Source: Octopus sinensis (Eukaryota). Taken from it: a stretch of 64,000 nt of DNA. Where the stretch lies: assembly GCF_006345805.1 (NCBI RefSeq), contig NW_021833038.1:24709-88708 (forward strand), read 5' to 3'. A program made the translations under genes and the position numbers. This document shows, one piece after another, positions 35,114 through 46,353 of the stretch. The first letter of the stretch is position 1; each line of letters starts with the position of its first letter. The notes under the pieces were generated by a model. The model ran no database searches. It had not been told where the DNA came from and saw only the letters and a list, made by a program, of their open reading frames with translations.

Positions 35114-37595
35114 GTGTTGGAGCCGCGAGAGAGGCCCGGGTGGCAGAGGCGCAACAGGGCAACAAAGCCACCATTCGGTCACTGGTAGATGAACAGGGGC
35201 GCGAATTGCTCGAGCCAAGTAAAATGTGTGAGGCCTTTCAGCAGCATTTTGCCCGACTGTTCGGGACGAGTGGAGGGCAAGAAAGAACGTAGGGTGGACT
35301 TCAGTGCCTACCTACATAGCCTGCCACGACTCTCGACAAGAAAGGCAGGGTGCTGCGAAGGTGCCATCACGGTGGCGGAAGTGCAGGAAGCGATAGCAGA
35401 ATGCTCGAGGGACAAATCACCGGGTTTGGATGGTCTACCCTACGAGCTTTACAATTGTATGCCAGACTTGTTTGGAGACGTCTTGGTAGCGGTATACTGC
35501 AACTGGCAGCAAAACGGGAGCATACCCGGTTTTGTGAGTCGAGGAGCTGTAACTCTGCTAAAGAAAGATCCAAACAAGGGAAACATTATAGATAACTTTA
35601 GACCAATCACGCTGCTCAATGCAGACCTGAAAATTTTGACAAAGGTGTTAGCCAAGAGGTTGGCGCTTGTCATCGAGAAACTGGTCGACAACGCACAAAC
35701 GTGCGCCGTGCCGGGCCGGAGCATCCATGACAACCTCCATATGATGCGCTACATCATAGACAGGGTAGTTAACGAACCTGGCATGGGTGGGGCCCTGATC
35801 AACTTGGATCAATCGAAAGCCTTTGATAGGGTAGACCATCGATACTTGGAGGCAGTCCTGAGAGCGGCTGGTTTCAGTCCCGTCTTCCGCGGCTGGATAG
35901 CTGCCTTGTACAGAGGCATCCGTTCGGTAATTCGCGTAAATGGACATCTATCGAGACCTCGGCACCTGGAGAAGCAAGCCCATGCCGTCCACCAGTACCT
36001 CCGTCGTGGGACGCTGGACAGACGGCCCGGTTGAGTTGCTCGGGGTCTGGTTCGGTCCGGACCTCCAAATGGAGAAGAACTGGAACGAGATAACGAGTAG
36101 GGTGGTCACTCTCGCCCAGCAATGGGCCGAGAGGAAACTGTCCCTAAAAGGTCGGGCGGAGGTGGTGAACGCGTACATCGCGTCCATCATCTACTACCGC
36201 CTGACCGTCGTACCTTGTCCCGACCCTACCATCACCAAACTAGAACGCATCCTCTTCCGCTTCTTGTGGAAAGGATGCGTCCCGATGGTCAGGCGATCCA
36301 TTTGCTGTCAACACCCGTTAAAAGGAGGGCTGGGCATGCCGTGGTTGATGATGCGCAGACACGCGCTGAGACTACGACATCTCCGGCTCTATGTAGACGA
36401 CGGTGAACAGGTGTGGTCGCCGTTTGTGAGGCACGCATTCCCGCAACTCGTCTCCATGACCGAACTACAGTCGTGGATCAAAAAGAGGCCGAGGAAGGGC
36501 GATTGGCACCGCGAGTGTCGCGTTGCTCTCAAGCAACTCTGCCGTCCCGGTCGACCTTGAGTGACTTCAACACAACCAAAGCATTCTATAGGGGATTAGT
36601 GGAGGGGAGGTACGACGACGAGCTCGGGGCACACCTGGGCGTCGACGAGGAATACCTGACCCGCCTGTTTCAAACGACTTTCGGCCCGGGACCTATGGAC
36701 AACTTCCAGAGATCCCTGGCCTGGCGGTGCTACCGAGAAGCGCTACCCGTTCGGGATAAGCTCTATAGGCATGGCTCGAGAAACACGGGGCCGACCTGCC
36801 CGAGATGCGGTCAGAGCGACGAACCGCTCTGCACGCAATCGTGCAGTGTCCAGCAATTTCCGACCTGTGGGCTTATGTCGAACGACTGCTGTCACGTGTG
36901 GGACGTGTCGGTTTATCAGCCGAGTCTATCGTTAATATCGTCACGCCTCCTTCCTTCAAACGGGAAGAAGAGCTATTTTTATCATACTTGTGGCTATGGC
37001 GAAAGAATGTATCTGGTGGACGCGCCTGAAAGGATTAGAGACAAACACTTTCCTCTCTGGTCAATCTCTCATCAACTTCTTCAAGTATCACTTGAAGAGG
37101 AAAGTGAGAGTAGAGAGGCAAGTTTTGTCTAGTGAATGTTATAAAAAAAGATGGGTGAATGTAGCAAGGATGGCACGTATGAATGACGAAGCCACCTTGA
37201 CTATGATTCTATGACCATAAAATTTAATACAGAGAGTTGCTTATTTGCAAAAAAAAAAAAGAAATATAACATGTGACTTCATTGACCGAGGTTACCGTGG
37301 TCTTTTCCGTAGGCTTTTCTTTCCACGGGTAAACCTCACCTGTCCTCCCCTTTACACTTCATATTGACATTTCTGTGATAACGATCCCTATTATTCATTT
37401 TTGTTTTCTCCCCCCCCCCCTTTTTTTAACCCCTCCCCTTTTTTGTCCTTTTTCTTTCCTTTTACGATCCCTTTTGATCGAAAACCACCACTCTCCTTCT
37501 TTTTACCCCCAAAAGAAAAGCTCTACCTTGTAATTTGTTCTATCTGTGTGCAGCCCTGTGTGGCTAATAAAGAAACATATCTATCTATCTATCTT
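35114..37595 (+). mobile_element. 5'-truncated Tx1-like (L1 clade) LINE with frameshifts, an internal RT deletion and a (TATC)n tail
   Basis: RT N-half (KSPGLDGLPYE, FRPITLLNADLKIL, LDQSKAFDRVDH), a jump at ~35958 to ELLGVWFG, LSLKGRA, GGLGMP, then a CPRC..SDE..LH...QC zinc knuckle, 3' UTR, AATAAA (37566) and (TATC)3-4. Confidence 0.92.
35189..36034 (+). pseudogene. Tx1-like ORF2 reverse-transcriptase fragment
   Basis: RT domains 0-3 are recognisable. The QG.PLSP and YADD motifs are absent. Confidence 0.88.
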
Positions 37596-37659
37596 ACTTC
37601 TACTCTGATGACGAACAAAGGAGCACTTTGTAGAGGTTTTGAGAGAAGTCAGGAAAAGA

Positions 37660-38005
37660 TTTCGCCAGAAAATGCCAGAGTAGTTTCTCAGGAAAACGAA
37701 CCAGTTAGCAATTCCAAACTGGTCACCAACTACTTTCCAGAGATGGGCATCAAATCCGTCCCTTCACCCTCCCCAAGTTCAGACATTGCACCCTGTGATT
37801 TTTGGTTGCTTCCCAATTTTAAAGAGAAGATGGAGGAGGTTGTGTCAAGGATCACGGTCACCTTCACTTCGCAGGTCTTCCATAGGGCCTTCACAAAGTG
37901 GATGGAACGTTACATGTACACAGAAGTCAGAGGAGATAAAGATTTCGTACTTCTTTGAAATGTCTTTCCTGCAAAAGTATCAAAACTTCTAGAAAGAACC
38001 TCGTA
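37660..38005 (+). mobile_element. mariner 3' end remnant with TIR and TA
   Basis: NSKLVTNYFPEMGIKSVP.PSPSSDIAPCDFWLLP (a YSPDLAPCDFWLFP-like motif), ending ...AAAAGTATCAAAACTTCTAGAAAGAACCTCG|TA. Confidence 0.8.
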
Positions 38006-38649
38006 CATATATCTCGGTAGTTGCAATAATACAGTTCACACACGCATATTCATATTGGCTCGTACATAAATTCACTTTATAGCAACAATACTATACAAAT
38101 AAATAAAAAAAAGCAACAACAACAAAAACACAAACGAAATATATATAAAAAAAAGAGTGGAACATTTATTCTTCGAACGATGTTTCTGTGAGTTCTTCCT
38201 GCATATATAAACTATAAATGTACGACGTATCTGGTCGGCTTTTACCATATTCCTGACACTTATGCAACCAATTCCTATCATTATCTGCAGCAAATTGTCT
38301 TCCACTGGAAATCGTAAAAATGTATGTTTAGGAAACTGTCACATGCGTAGAGAGATCGCTGAAATGGACAGCTCTGGGCAGGTCGGATTGGCATACGAGC
38401 ACATGCATATTTATACACACACACACACAACACACACGTACAAATATATGAACACACACACATTTATATTTATATGTACATACATATATATATATAAACA
38501 TATATATATACATATATATATATAAGCATATATACATATATATATATATATATACATCTAAACATATATATATATAAGCATACATATATATATATAGGGA
38601 GAGAGAGAGAGAGAGACATATATATAAACATATATTATATATATAATAT

Positions 38650-38694
<45 letters not shown>

Positions 38695-38871
38695 ATATAT
38701 ACCCACACAATATATATATATAGTCTTACAAGGTAAGGTTGTAAAAATTTAACGTGATTCGGATGGGAACAAGTAAATTTATACAGATAGATTTGAAATA
38801 TGAGAATGTACTGTATGTACGAATGTATACACACACACACGTGTATACATGAATATATCTGGATGCGTCGG

Positions 38872-38905
<34 letters not shown>

Positions 38906-38977
38906 AATCTATCTAAATAGCTATGTATATATCCCTATAAATCGCTCTTTCTCTCTATCTTTCACTAATTTACATAT

Positions 38978-39210
38978 ATATTTCTTTATTGCCTACAAGG
39001 GGCTAAACACAGAGGGGACAAACAAGGACAGACAAAGGGATTAAGTCGATTACATCGACCCCAGTGCGAAACTGGTACTTTTATTTATCGACCCCGAAAG
39101 GATGAAAGGCAAAGTCGACCTCGGCGGAATTTGAACTCAGAACGTAACGACAGACGAAATACTGCTAAGCATTCCGCCCAGCGCGCTAACGTGTCTGCCA
39201 GCTCGCCGCC
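38978..39210 (-). mobile_element. SINE family B, full length, with Tx1-like 3' tail
   Basis: Head GGCGGCGAGCTGGCAGA...GAGTTCAAATTCC, central GCCTTTCATCCTTTCGGGGTCGATAAA...GTACCAG (Meta-domain-like), tail CTGTGTTTAGCCCCTTGTAGGCAATAAAGAAATA. Confidence 0.88.
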
Positions 39211-39439
39211 TAATTTACATATAAATGTGCGTACGTGTTTGTTTGTGCGTGCACGAGTGTAGATATATATATAACTCATTGCATATAATCGGAAACACCG
39301 GTGATTTCCCCGGCCCACCAAGTTTCCGCAATACCAGCAAATATCTTATTCGTTATATAAATCGAAGCGCAAATTTCGTCTAAGTGACAAACAGGAGTAC
39401 GGTACTGACAAGCTGCAGGTAGAGCGAAACATGTCTGTT

Positions 39440-39917
39440 GTTCTTGCGACAAGGTGATCTCATATCAAGTTAAACAGTGCATGATCTAGCCGGTGAGGGC
39501 CCAGTTAGAATTTTCTTCAGGTCGAGTAGTCCAAACCGCTCAAATGGTCCCCGAATAAATGGTCCCCGAATAAATGGAAAGTATTAAAAGACGCCAAGTG
39601 AAGGAAAGGAGGGGTGTTTTACGTTTCGAGCAAAGCTCTTCTTCAGAATGTTGAACGAAACACCCATGTTTCCAGAGGTTAATTATCCAAACCCCAAAGA
39701 ATTCCTCTCAACACATGGCTATGATGCACCCCCCCACTACTTCTGCTCATGATCAGAGATGCACATATCGTCAGCCACCAAGGGATATATTCAACTGGTT
39801 AAGGTCAAACAACTGACAAGCAAATCTGTGGTATTGAGCAGAATATTTGCTGTACCCTACCTTCAGTTAAGACCAGAAGCCATGAGAGCCACTGCCTGGT
39901 ACTGCATCAGGGCATTA
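39440..39917 (-). mobile_element. family C retroposon (3'-truncated, internal deletion) interrupted by a pLTR/hammerhead fragment
   Basis: Colinear with 40841-41230 except for a foreign segment at ~39575-39646. Confidence 0.8.
39618..39648 (-). ncRNA. minimal PLE-type hammerhead
   Basis: TT-CTGAAGA-A-GAGC TTT GCTC-GAA-ACGT-A-AA. Loop-less palindromic stem III and a very short stem I. Confidence 0.55.
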
Positions 39918-39959
39918 CTACCTGCCCATTATTATTAGTATTAGTATTAGTATTATTCG

Positions 39960-40085
39960 ATTTTGCCTTTCATCCTTTCGGGGTCGATAAATTAAGTACC
40001 AGTTGCGTACTGGGGTCGATCTAATCGATTGGCCCCTTCCCCAAATATTTCGGGCTTTGTGCATAGAGTAGAAAGGATTATTATT
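39960..40085 (+). mobile_element. SINE family B, 3' half with (ATT)n-type tail
   Basis: TTTGCCTTTCATCCTTTCGGGGTCGATAAATTAAGTACCAGTTGCGTACTGGGGTCGATCTAATCG...GTGCATAGAGTAGAAAGGATTATT. Confidence 0.88.
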
Positions 40086-40087
40086 AT

Positions 40088-40153
<66 letters not shown>

Positions 40154-40265
40154 CACTACTGTTATCGTTAGATTGTTACTGATGTTGCTATTGTTACTGA
40201 TTCTTCTTCAAATCATCATCATCGCCATTTATTATTATTATCATCATTATCATCATCATCATCAT

Positions 40266-40327
<62 letters not shown>

Positions 40328-40764
40328 ATAAAGTGAACTGACAGCTTAATCTTATTTGGGCTTTTAAAGACTGAAGGTTTTTGGATGTGAAAAATTGTAA
40401 TTGTGACAACACGAGAGGAATGCGCCATGTTTGTTGTTTTTGAAAGAATATGACAGAAATGTCGGAAATTTTATAAAATATTAAAAACTGAGAAGAAAAC
40501 GGTGAAAAATATGGAGAATTCTTAAGATTATTTAATTTATAAAAGAATGAAAACATGAAATGGAAATGAAGAAAAGTTCAAAGTGTTTTATGAAAATTTA
40601 TATTGAAAACTATTGCATCATACAAGAAAATGGTAAAACGTGAGATGGCGCCAACAGTAACATTTAATGTTGCTGTACAGAATATATGTGAGGGCGACAT
40701 GGCGTTTTCATAGAATGATATTTTGCATAATTGCTTCTGTTCTAATACCGCGGAAGAGAAGTTC

Positions 40765-40818
<54 letters not shown>

Positions 40819-40840
40819 GTAATAATAATAATAATAATAA

Positions 40841-41386
40841 ATGCTCTGATGCAATACCAGACAGTGGCTCTCATGGCTTCTGATCTTAACTGATTGGAAG
40901 TGTTATCATGTACATTGCTTTGTCTTGGTATAAAAGATGGGCTACAGCAAATATTCTGCTCAATACCACAGATTTGATTGTCAGTTGTTTGACCTTAACC
41001 TGCTGAGCATGTCCCTTGGTGGCTGACGATATGTGCATCTCTGATCACGAGCAGAAGTAGTGGGGGAGCATCATGGTCATGTGTTGAGAGGGATTCTTTG
41101 GGGTTTGGATAATTCACCTTTGGAAACATGGGTGGTTCGTTCAACATCCTTAAACAATCCTTATTCAGAGACCTTTTGAGCGGGATGCGCTACTCGACCA
41201 GAAGAAAATTCTAACTGCAAGGTCATGTGCTGTATATCTTCATATGAGATCACCATGTCGCGCACATATGGTTGTGATGCATGTGCCTGGTGTACCCTTA
41301 TCAGATGGGTAGTCATGATGGGTATGATAGGTTTCATGTATTTGTATCCCAGTATCACTTTGATGGCATGCACTGCTTTCTCCGCC
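40841..41386 (+). mobile_element. family C retroposon, apparently full length, embedded in (AAT)n
   Basis: (AAT)n at 40767-40840 upstream and an AAT-rich tail from 41387. Three copies in the window, no ORF and no tRNA head recognised. Confidence 0.85.
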
Positions 41387-41456
41387 AATAATAATTACAA
41401 CAATAATGATAAGAAAGATGATGATGGTGATAATAATAATAATAATAATAATAATA

Positions 41457-41509
<53 letters not shown>

Positions 41510-41512
<3 letters not shown>

Positions 41513-41695
41513 CTACTAAAAGCACAAAGTCTTAAATTTGGGGAGGATGCTAGTCGAGATCATTGAACCCAAGTGTTTTACTGGTACTTAATTTATCGAT
41601 CCCTGAAGGATAAAAAGCAAAATCGACCACGGCGGAATTTAAATTCAGTAAGGTAAGGACGGACGAAATGCCGCTAAGCATTTTGCCAGCGCATC
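41510..41695 (-). mobile_element. SINE family B
   Basis: Homologous to 14112-14330. Confidence 0.75.
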
Positions 41696-41724
41696 ACCTT
41701 TAATAATAATAATAATGATAAGAA

Positions 41725-41786
<62 letters not shown>

Positions 41787-41988
41787 CCACAAGGCTTGAC
41801 AATATGGTCGAGGATGAAAATCATAAGTAATGTTTTTTTTTCTATTTTCTCTTAATTAATAGGATAGCTACGGTTACTGTATATTGATAGACATACAGAT
41901 AGATAGATAGATGGATGGATAGAGCGAGATGGAAAGAGAGAGAGATAATATCAATATCACATTAGTTCTTAGATTACTATCACCATCG

Positions 41989-42030
<42 letters not shown>

Positions 42031-42476
42031 CCATCACCATCATCATAATGTTCATCATCATCATCATCACCATCATCTCCATCATCATCTTAATCCTTAT
42101 TATTGTTGCAAGATATTTCATGAAACAAATCTGAAAGTCAGAAATAGCATGGAGATTGGAAATTAAACGAATTGTATTAAACAGATTTAAAGCGGATGTG
42201 CGTGTGTGTGTGTATGTGTATATGTGCCTTAATGTGTGGGTATGTGTGTATGTACATATATGTTTCTGGGTGTATGCTTTTAGAAAATTGCTTATTAACG
42301 TTGTTTTTAGTGTTGTTGCTGTTGTTGTTGCTACTGCTGCTGCTGCTGCTGTTGTTGTTGTTGTTGTTGTTGTTTGATATCTTGACAAGATACCACTTGA
42401 AACAATCCTGAAATTCACAAATTGCATGTGTGTTGGAAATTTAAGGAATCATTAGATTTAAAGTATATACATACAA

Positions 42477-42541
<65 letters not shown>

Positions 42542-42559
42542 TATATACATATATTTATA

Positions 42560-42720
42560 TATAGTTAATTCCAAAAGAAACGAGAAAAATACTCAAGAAA
42601 AATAACAACGCCAGGACGTGGTACATGGAAAGTATTAAAAGACGCCCATGGAAGGAAAGGAGGGTGTTTTACGTTTCGAGCAAAGCTCTCTTCAGAAAGG
42701 GGAGATAGAGGAAAATCAAG
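42560..42720 (-). mobile_element. PLE pLTR-like fragment with a minimal hammerhead (42667-42698)
   Basis: TTT-CTGAAGA-GAGC TTT GCTC-GAA-ACGT-A-AAA. The same family as 39575-39646. Confidence 0.65.
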
Positions 42721-42831
42721 AGAAAAAGGAAGACAGAGGAAAAAAAATACCCAGTAATCCACATGTAATTACATATATATATATATGTGTATATATATAT
42801 ATATATAAAATATATTGTATAAATATATGTG

Positions 42832-42868
<37 letters not shown>

Positions 42869-42972
42869 TCATGTATGTGTGTGTATACGTATGTTTTATA
42901 TATTCTTACAATCTATTGCGACATATAAAAGGTAACGGAAACCAGTCTTCATATTCGTCTTTCAGAATTCCA

Positions 42973-42983
42973 GCGCATGCGCA
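42973..42983. promoter_or_regulatory. NRF-1-like palindrome GCGCATGCGC in locally CpG-richer unique DNA
   Basis: Direct motif match only. Confidence 0.25.
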
Positions 42984-43170
42984 TAGCGTTCGGTCTCTTC
43001 GGTCGTTGTTCTGAAGGGGAAGCTAGAAAATTGTTGAATATGGTTATATGGTAAAAAGAATATATGTTCATCCAAGAATATACTGCGGAGAACAAAAGAT
43101 ATCCAGTCTTTAATCATTTCGTACGGAAATAAAACGTTAAACAGAACCAAATAAGTCAAGAAATAAAGGA

Positions 43171-43410
43171 TTGTCAATCATGTCTATAAATCTTAATTCA
43201 ATGTCAGTCTTGTCTATAAATCTTAATTCAATGTCAGTCTTGTCTATAAATCTTAATTCAATGTCAATCATGTCTATAAATCTTAATTCAATGTCAATCA
43301 TGTCTATAAATCTTAATTCAATGTCAATCATGTCTATAAATCTTAATTCAATGTCAATCATGTCTATAAATCTTAATTCAATGTCAATCATGTCTATAAA
43401 TCTTAATTCA
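43171..43410. repeat. 30-bp minisatellite, 8 copies
   Basis: ATGTCAATCATGTCTATAAATCTTAATTCA. Copies 2 and 3 share the variant GTCT in place of ATCA. Confidence 0.98.
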
Positions 43411-43439
43411 AATATAATTGATTCTGATTTAATTGCAAA

Positions 43440-43600
43440 GTCGGCCATGTTGCGGGTGGGAAACTAAAGGATGTCATCGACCCCAGTATTTAACTGGTAC
43501 TTTATTTCTTATTCACACCGAAGCTATGCAAGCCAAAAGTGACCTCAACGGAATTTCAGCTCAGATCGAGACATTTTGTCTGTGGCTGTAAGGATTCTAA
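43440..43600 (-). mobile_element. SINE family B, degenerate
   Basis: GTCATCGACCCCAGT...ACTGGTACTT... Confidence 0.65.
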
Positions 43601-43619
43601 AATAATGATTTGTAATAGA

Positions 43620-43810
43620 AGTATTTGGTCCAGCGATGGTCTGCCCTTCGCCAGGTCCTGTGCATGTTGAATTTTCTCCAGCACTTTTTATACAACCTCA
43701 TCCGCGCCCACCACCCCTGCTGCCGTTAAGTAGGTTAGTGGAACGTCGGTTACCATAGATACACTCGTGATGAATATTGGAGAGGTTTTCCTGTTGCCTT
43801 CTCCAGGCAG
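43620..43810 (-). mobile_element. RTE/BovB-like 3' tail fragment
   Basis: Minus GGAGAAGGCAACAGGAAAACCTCTCCAATATTC resembles the RTE/BovB-type tail GGAGAAGGCAATGGCAACCCACTCCAGTATTC. Confidence 0.4.
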
Positions 43811-44665
43811 GTCGGATTTGAACTCAAAGTGTAGAGAGCCGGAAGTTATACCGCAATGCATTTCTGCCGATGCGCCAACGACTCTGCCACTCTCTCACTC
43901 GCAGAGCAACATGAAATGAAGTGTTTTGCTCAAGAATTCAACACGATCGAGACTGTAGCACCCTAAACCCCAAGGACCTTCGCCACTCACGCATTTCAGA
44001 AGCTCAGTAACAGTTTGGAGCTACCCCGGGTGCTTGTCTGGCAGGACTTCATTTTGCAGACCCACCCGAGAGAAAGGAAAGGCAAAGCTATTGGAATTTC
44101 CTCAACACGGGATTTAACGTAACGGAACGAAATACTTTCAATTATTTTGTCCGCCATATCGATATCGATTCGATCATTCAATATTTATTGATTACTAAAT
44201 AATCATTTCTAACTTTGAAAAAACCTGAAATTAAGTATAATAAACCTCTGCGAACAATTTTCAAACATTTCTTCAGTCTTATTATCGATCTGAGTAGGTA
44301 TCGATACATTATTGATAAATTACTGGTAAACATCATTATCTCTATATTGGACATCGTCGTGTTTATTTTTTTTTTCTTCATTTTCTGCCTAATTAAAAGT
44401 TTTGACGAACAAATAATTAACACATACTGTTACCACTTTGCAGAGCTTCCTCAAACAAATCTATGATCTCTTGGTTAATTAAATTACAATGACCTCAGCA
44501 TATAACTGGTATTCATTTCTCAATTGTTAAATAATGCAAGGTATTTCGTCCCGAGTTTTACCGATTCCTACATCGAGTTCTTTTAAAATTTTATGTGCTG
44601 TATTTAACAGCGTATAAGACGAACCCAGAGCCATGGGGTTGAGAAGCAAATTTCTTATCACATCC

Positions 44666-44667
<2 letters not shown>

Positions 44668-44725
<58 letters not shown>

Positions 44726-44761
44726 ATTATTATTATTGTTGTTGTTATTATTATTATTATT

Positions 44762-44851
<90 letters not shown>

Positions 44852-44975
44852 ATTATTATTATTATTATTGTTGTTGTTGTTGTTGTTATTATTATTATTA
44901 TTGTTGTTGTTGTTATTATTATTGTAGTTGTTGTTGTTGTTGTTGTTGTTGTTATTATTATTAATGTTGTTGTTG

Positions 44976-45006
<31 letters not shown>

Positions 45007-45007
45007 C

Positions 45008-45038
<31 letters not shown>

Positions 45039-45060
45039 CTATTATTATTATTATTATTAT
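44668..45060. repeat. alternating (ATT)n/(GTT)n block microsatellite
   Basis: Direct read. Confidence 0.96.
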
Positions 45061-45584
45061 GCACTAATGTTCTCTGCTAAACCTAAGATACTTTTGTAAG
45101 TGCTTCTAGTACACTGCCTGATTGCTTTGAATATGAGATGCTTTAATGTGCTGAAACCATTCCTGAATATTGGTTCCTAAAATGAGGAGTGTCAAATATA
45201 AGAGTCTTTTTTCTTTTATGCTATGCCATAAATGCGGTAAGGATTTTTAATTTAACTGAAACGCCATCAGTTGATCAAACAAGACTGTTATCAACCACAT
45301 AGGCCAAGTCTATCATCATTGTTACTTATTTTAATGAAACCACACAAAAACAAAAGATGCGTCGCGAATGGCACAGTACACTTCGCTGAGATTCGATCTT
45401 AAGACATCTTAGTATGAACCTGAATAATACTGCCAGTTATTTAGTTCAGCAGTTTCCATTTTCAACCAAATCATCGCTCCGGTTAATTTCAAACGAGATT
45501 TCTTTAATGAAAAATATCGAGAAAATTAGAAAAGAAATTAAATGCGAGTGGGTGAGAAGAGGTTAGAGAAGTCGTGGTGTGAGT

Positions 45585-45894
45585 CTTCGCCATTAAACAT
45601 ACCAGCGCCATTACTAAGGTGTGTTACTTTACTTTTAACTAACACTAATGCGGCAGCCATTTGCTTTTTTTGTTTCTAGATTCTTCGCAGCCAACTGTTC
45701 TGTAAATTGTATTAACATTAGTAAATTCTGTGGTTAACAGTAAATATAAATAGCAACTATAAATAAAGAAGAAAGACTTGTGGAGAGCAAAAAAAAAACA
45801 TTCACAAAAAACAGCGAGATTTTGTGTGGAGGAAGGGAAAATGGAGATTTTTCAAATTGCCAACATGGCGGTCGTGTTCTCAGGAGTGGTGAGG
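45585..45894 (+). promoter_or_regulatory. candidate promoter / first exon
   Basis: Unique, repeat-free DNA with four YY1-like CCAT motifs (45588, 45606, 45656, 45861 CAACATGGCGG). In-frame ATGs at 45841 and 45865 (MEIFQIANMAVVFSGV) are followed by a GTG|GTGAGG donor-like site at 45889. Confidence 0.35.
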
Positions 45895-46312
45895 TTTGTT
45901 TGTTTGTTTGTCGCTTTGATCTTTCCCTCCTTTTACATTGAGTAAAATAATCATATAATTTGAATGCTCAAACTAACAAATAGATCGAACAACATGTACA
46001 CACGTTTATTGTTTTAATTTTCTGTATTTTGGTTTTTATTGTCTCTTTTGAAAAAATATTTGACAGTTTTTGTTTTTTCTATTTGTTTATTTACTCATTT
46101 TTGGAACGGCGATAAACTTCATAGACACAACTTGACACCTTGCTTATATGTGCGTGCGTGTGCGTGAGTGTGCGTGAGTGTGTATGTGTGTGTGTGTGTG
46201 CGTGTGTGTGTATGTGCGTGCGTGTGTGTATGAACGTATCTAAGTATGCATGTATGTACGTCTGAATGTATGTATGTATGCATGTACATATGTATGTACG
46301 TATGTGTACGTA

Positions 46313-46353
<41 letters not shown>

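Noticed and set aside
43171-43410. CRISPR-like 30-bp repeat
   Set aside because: The units are contiguous with no spacers, there are no cas genes, and the context is eukaryotic.
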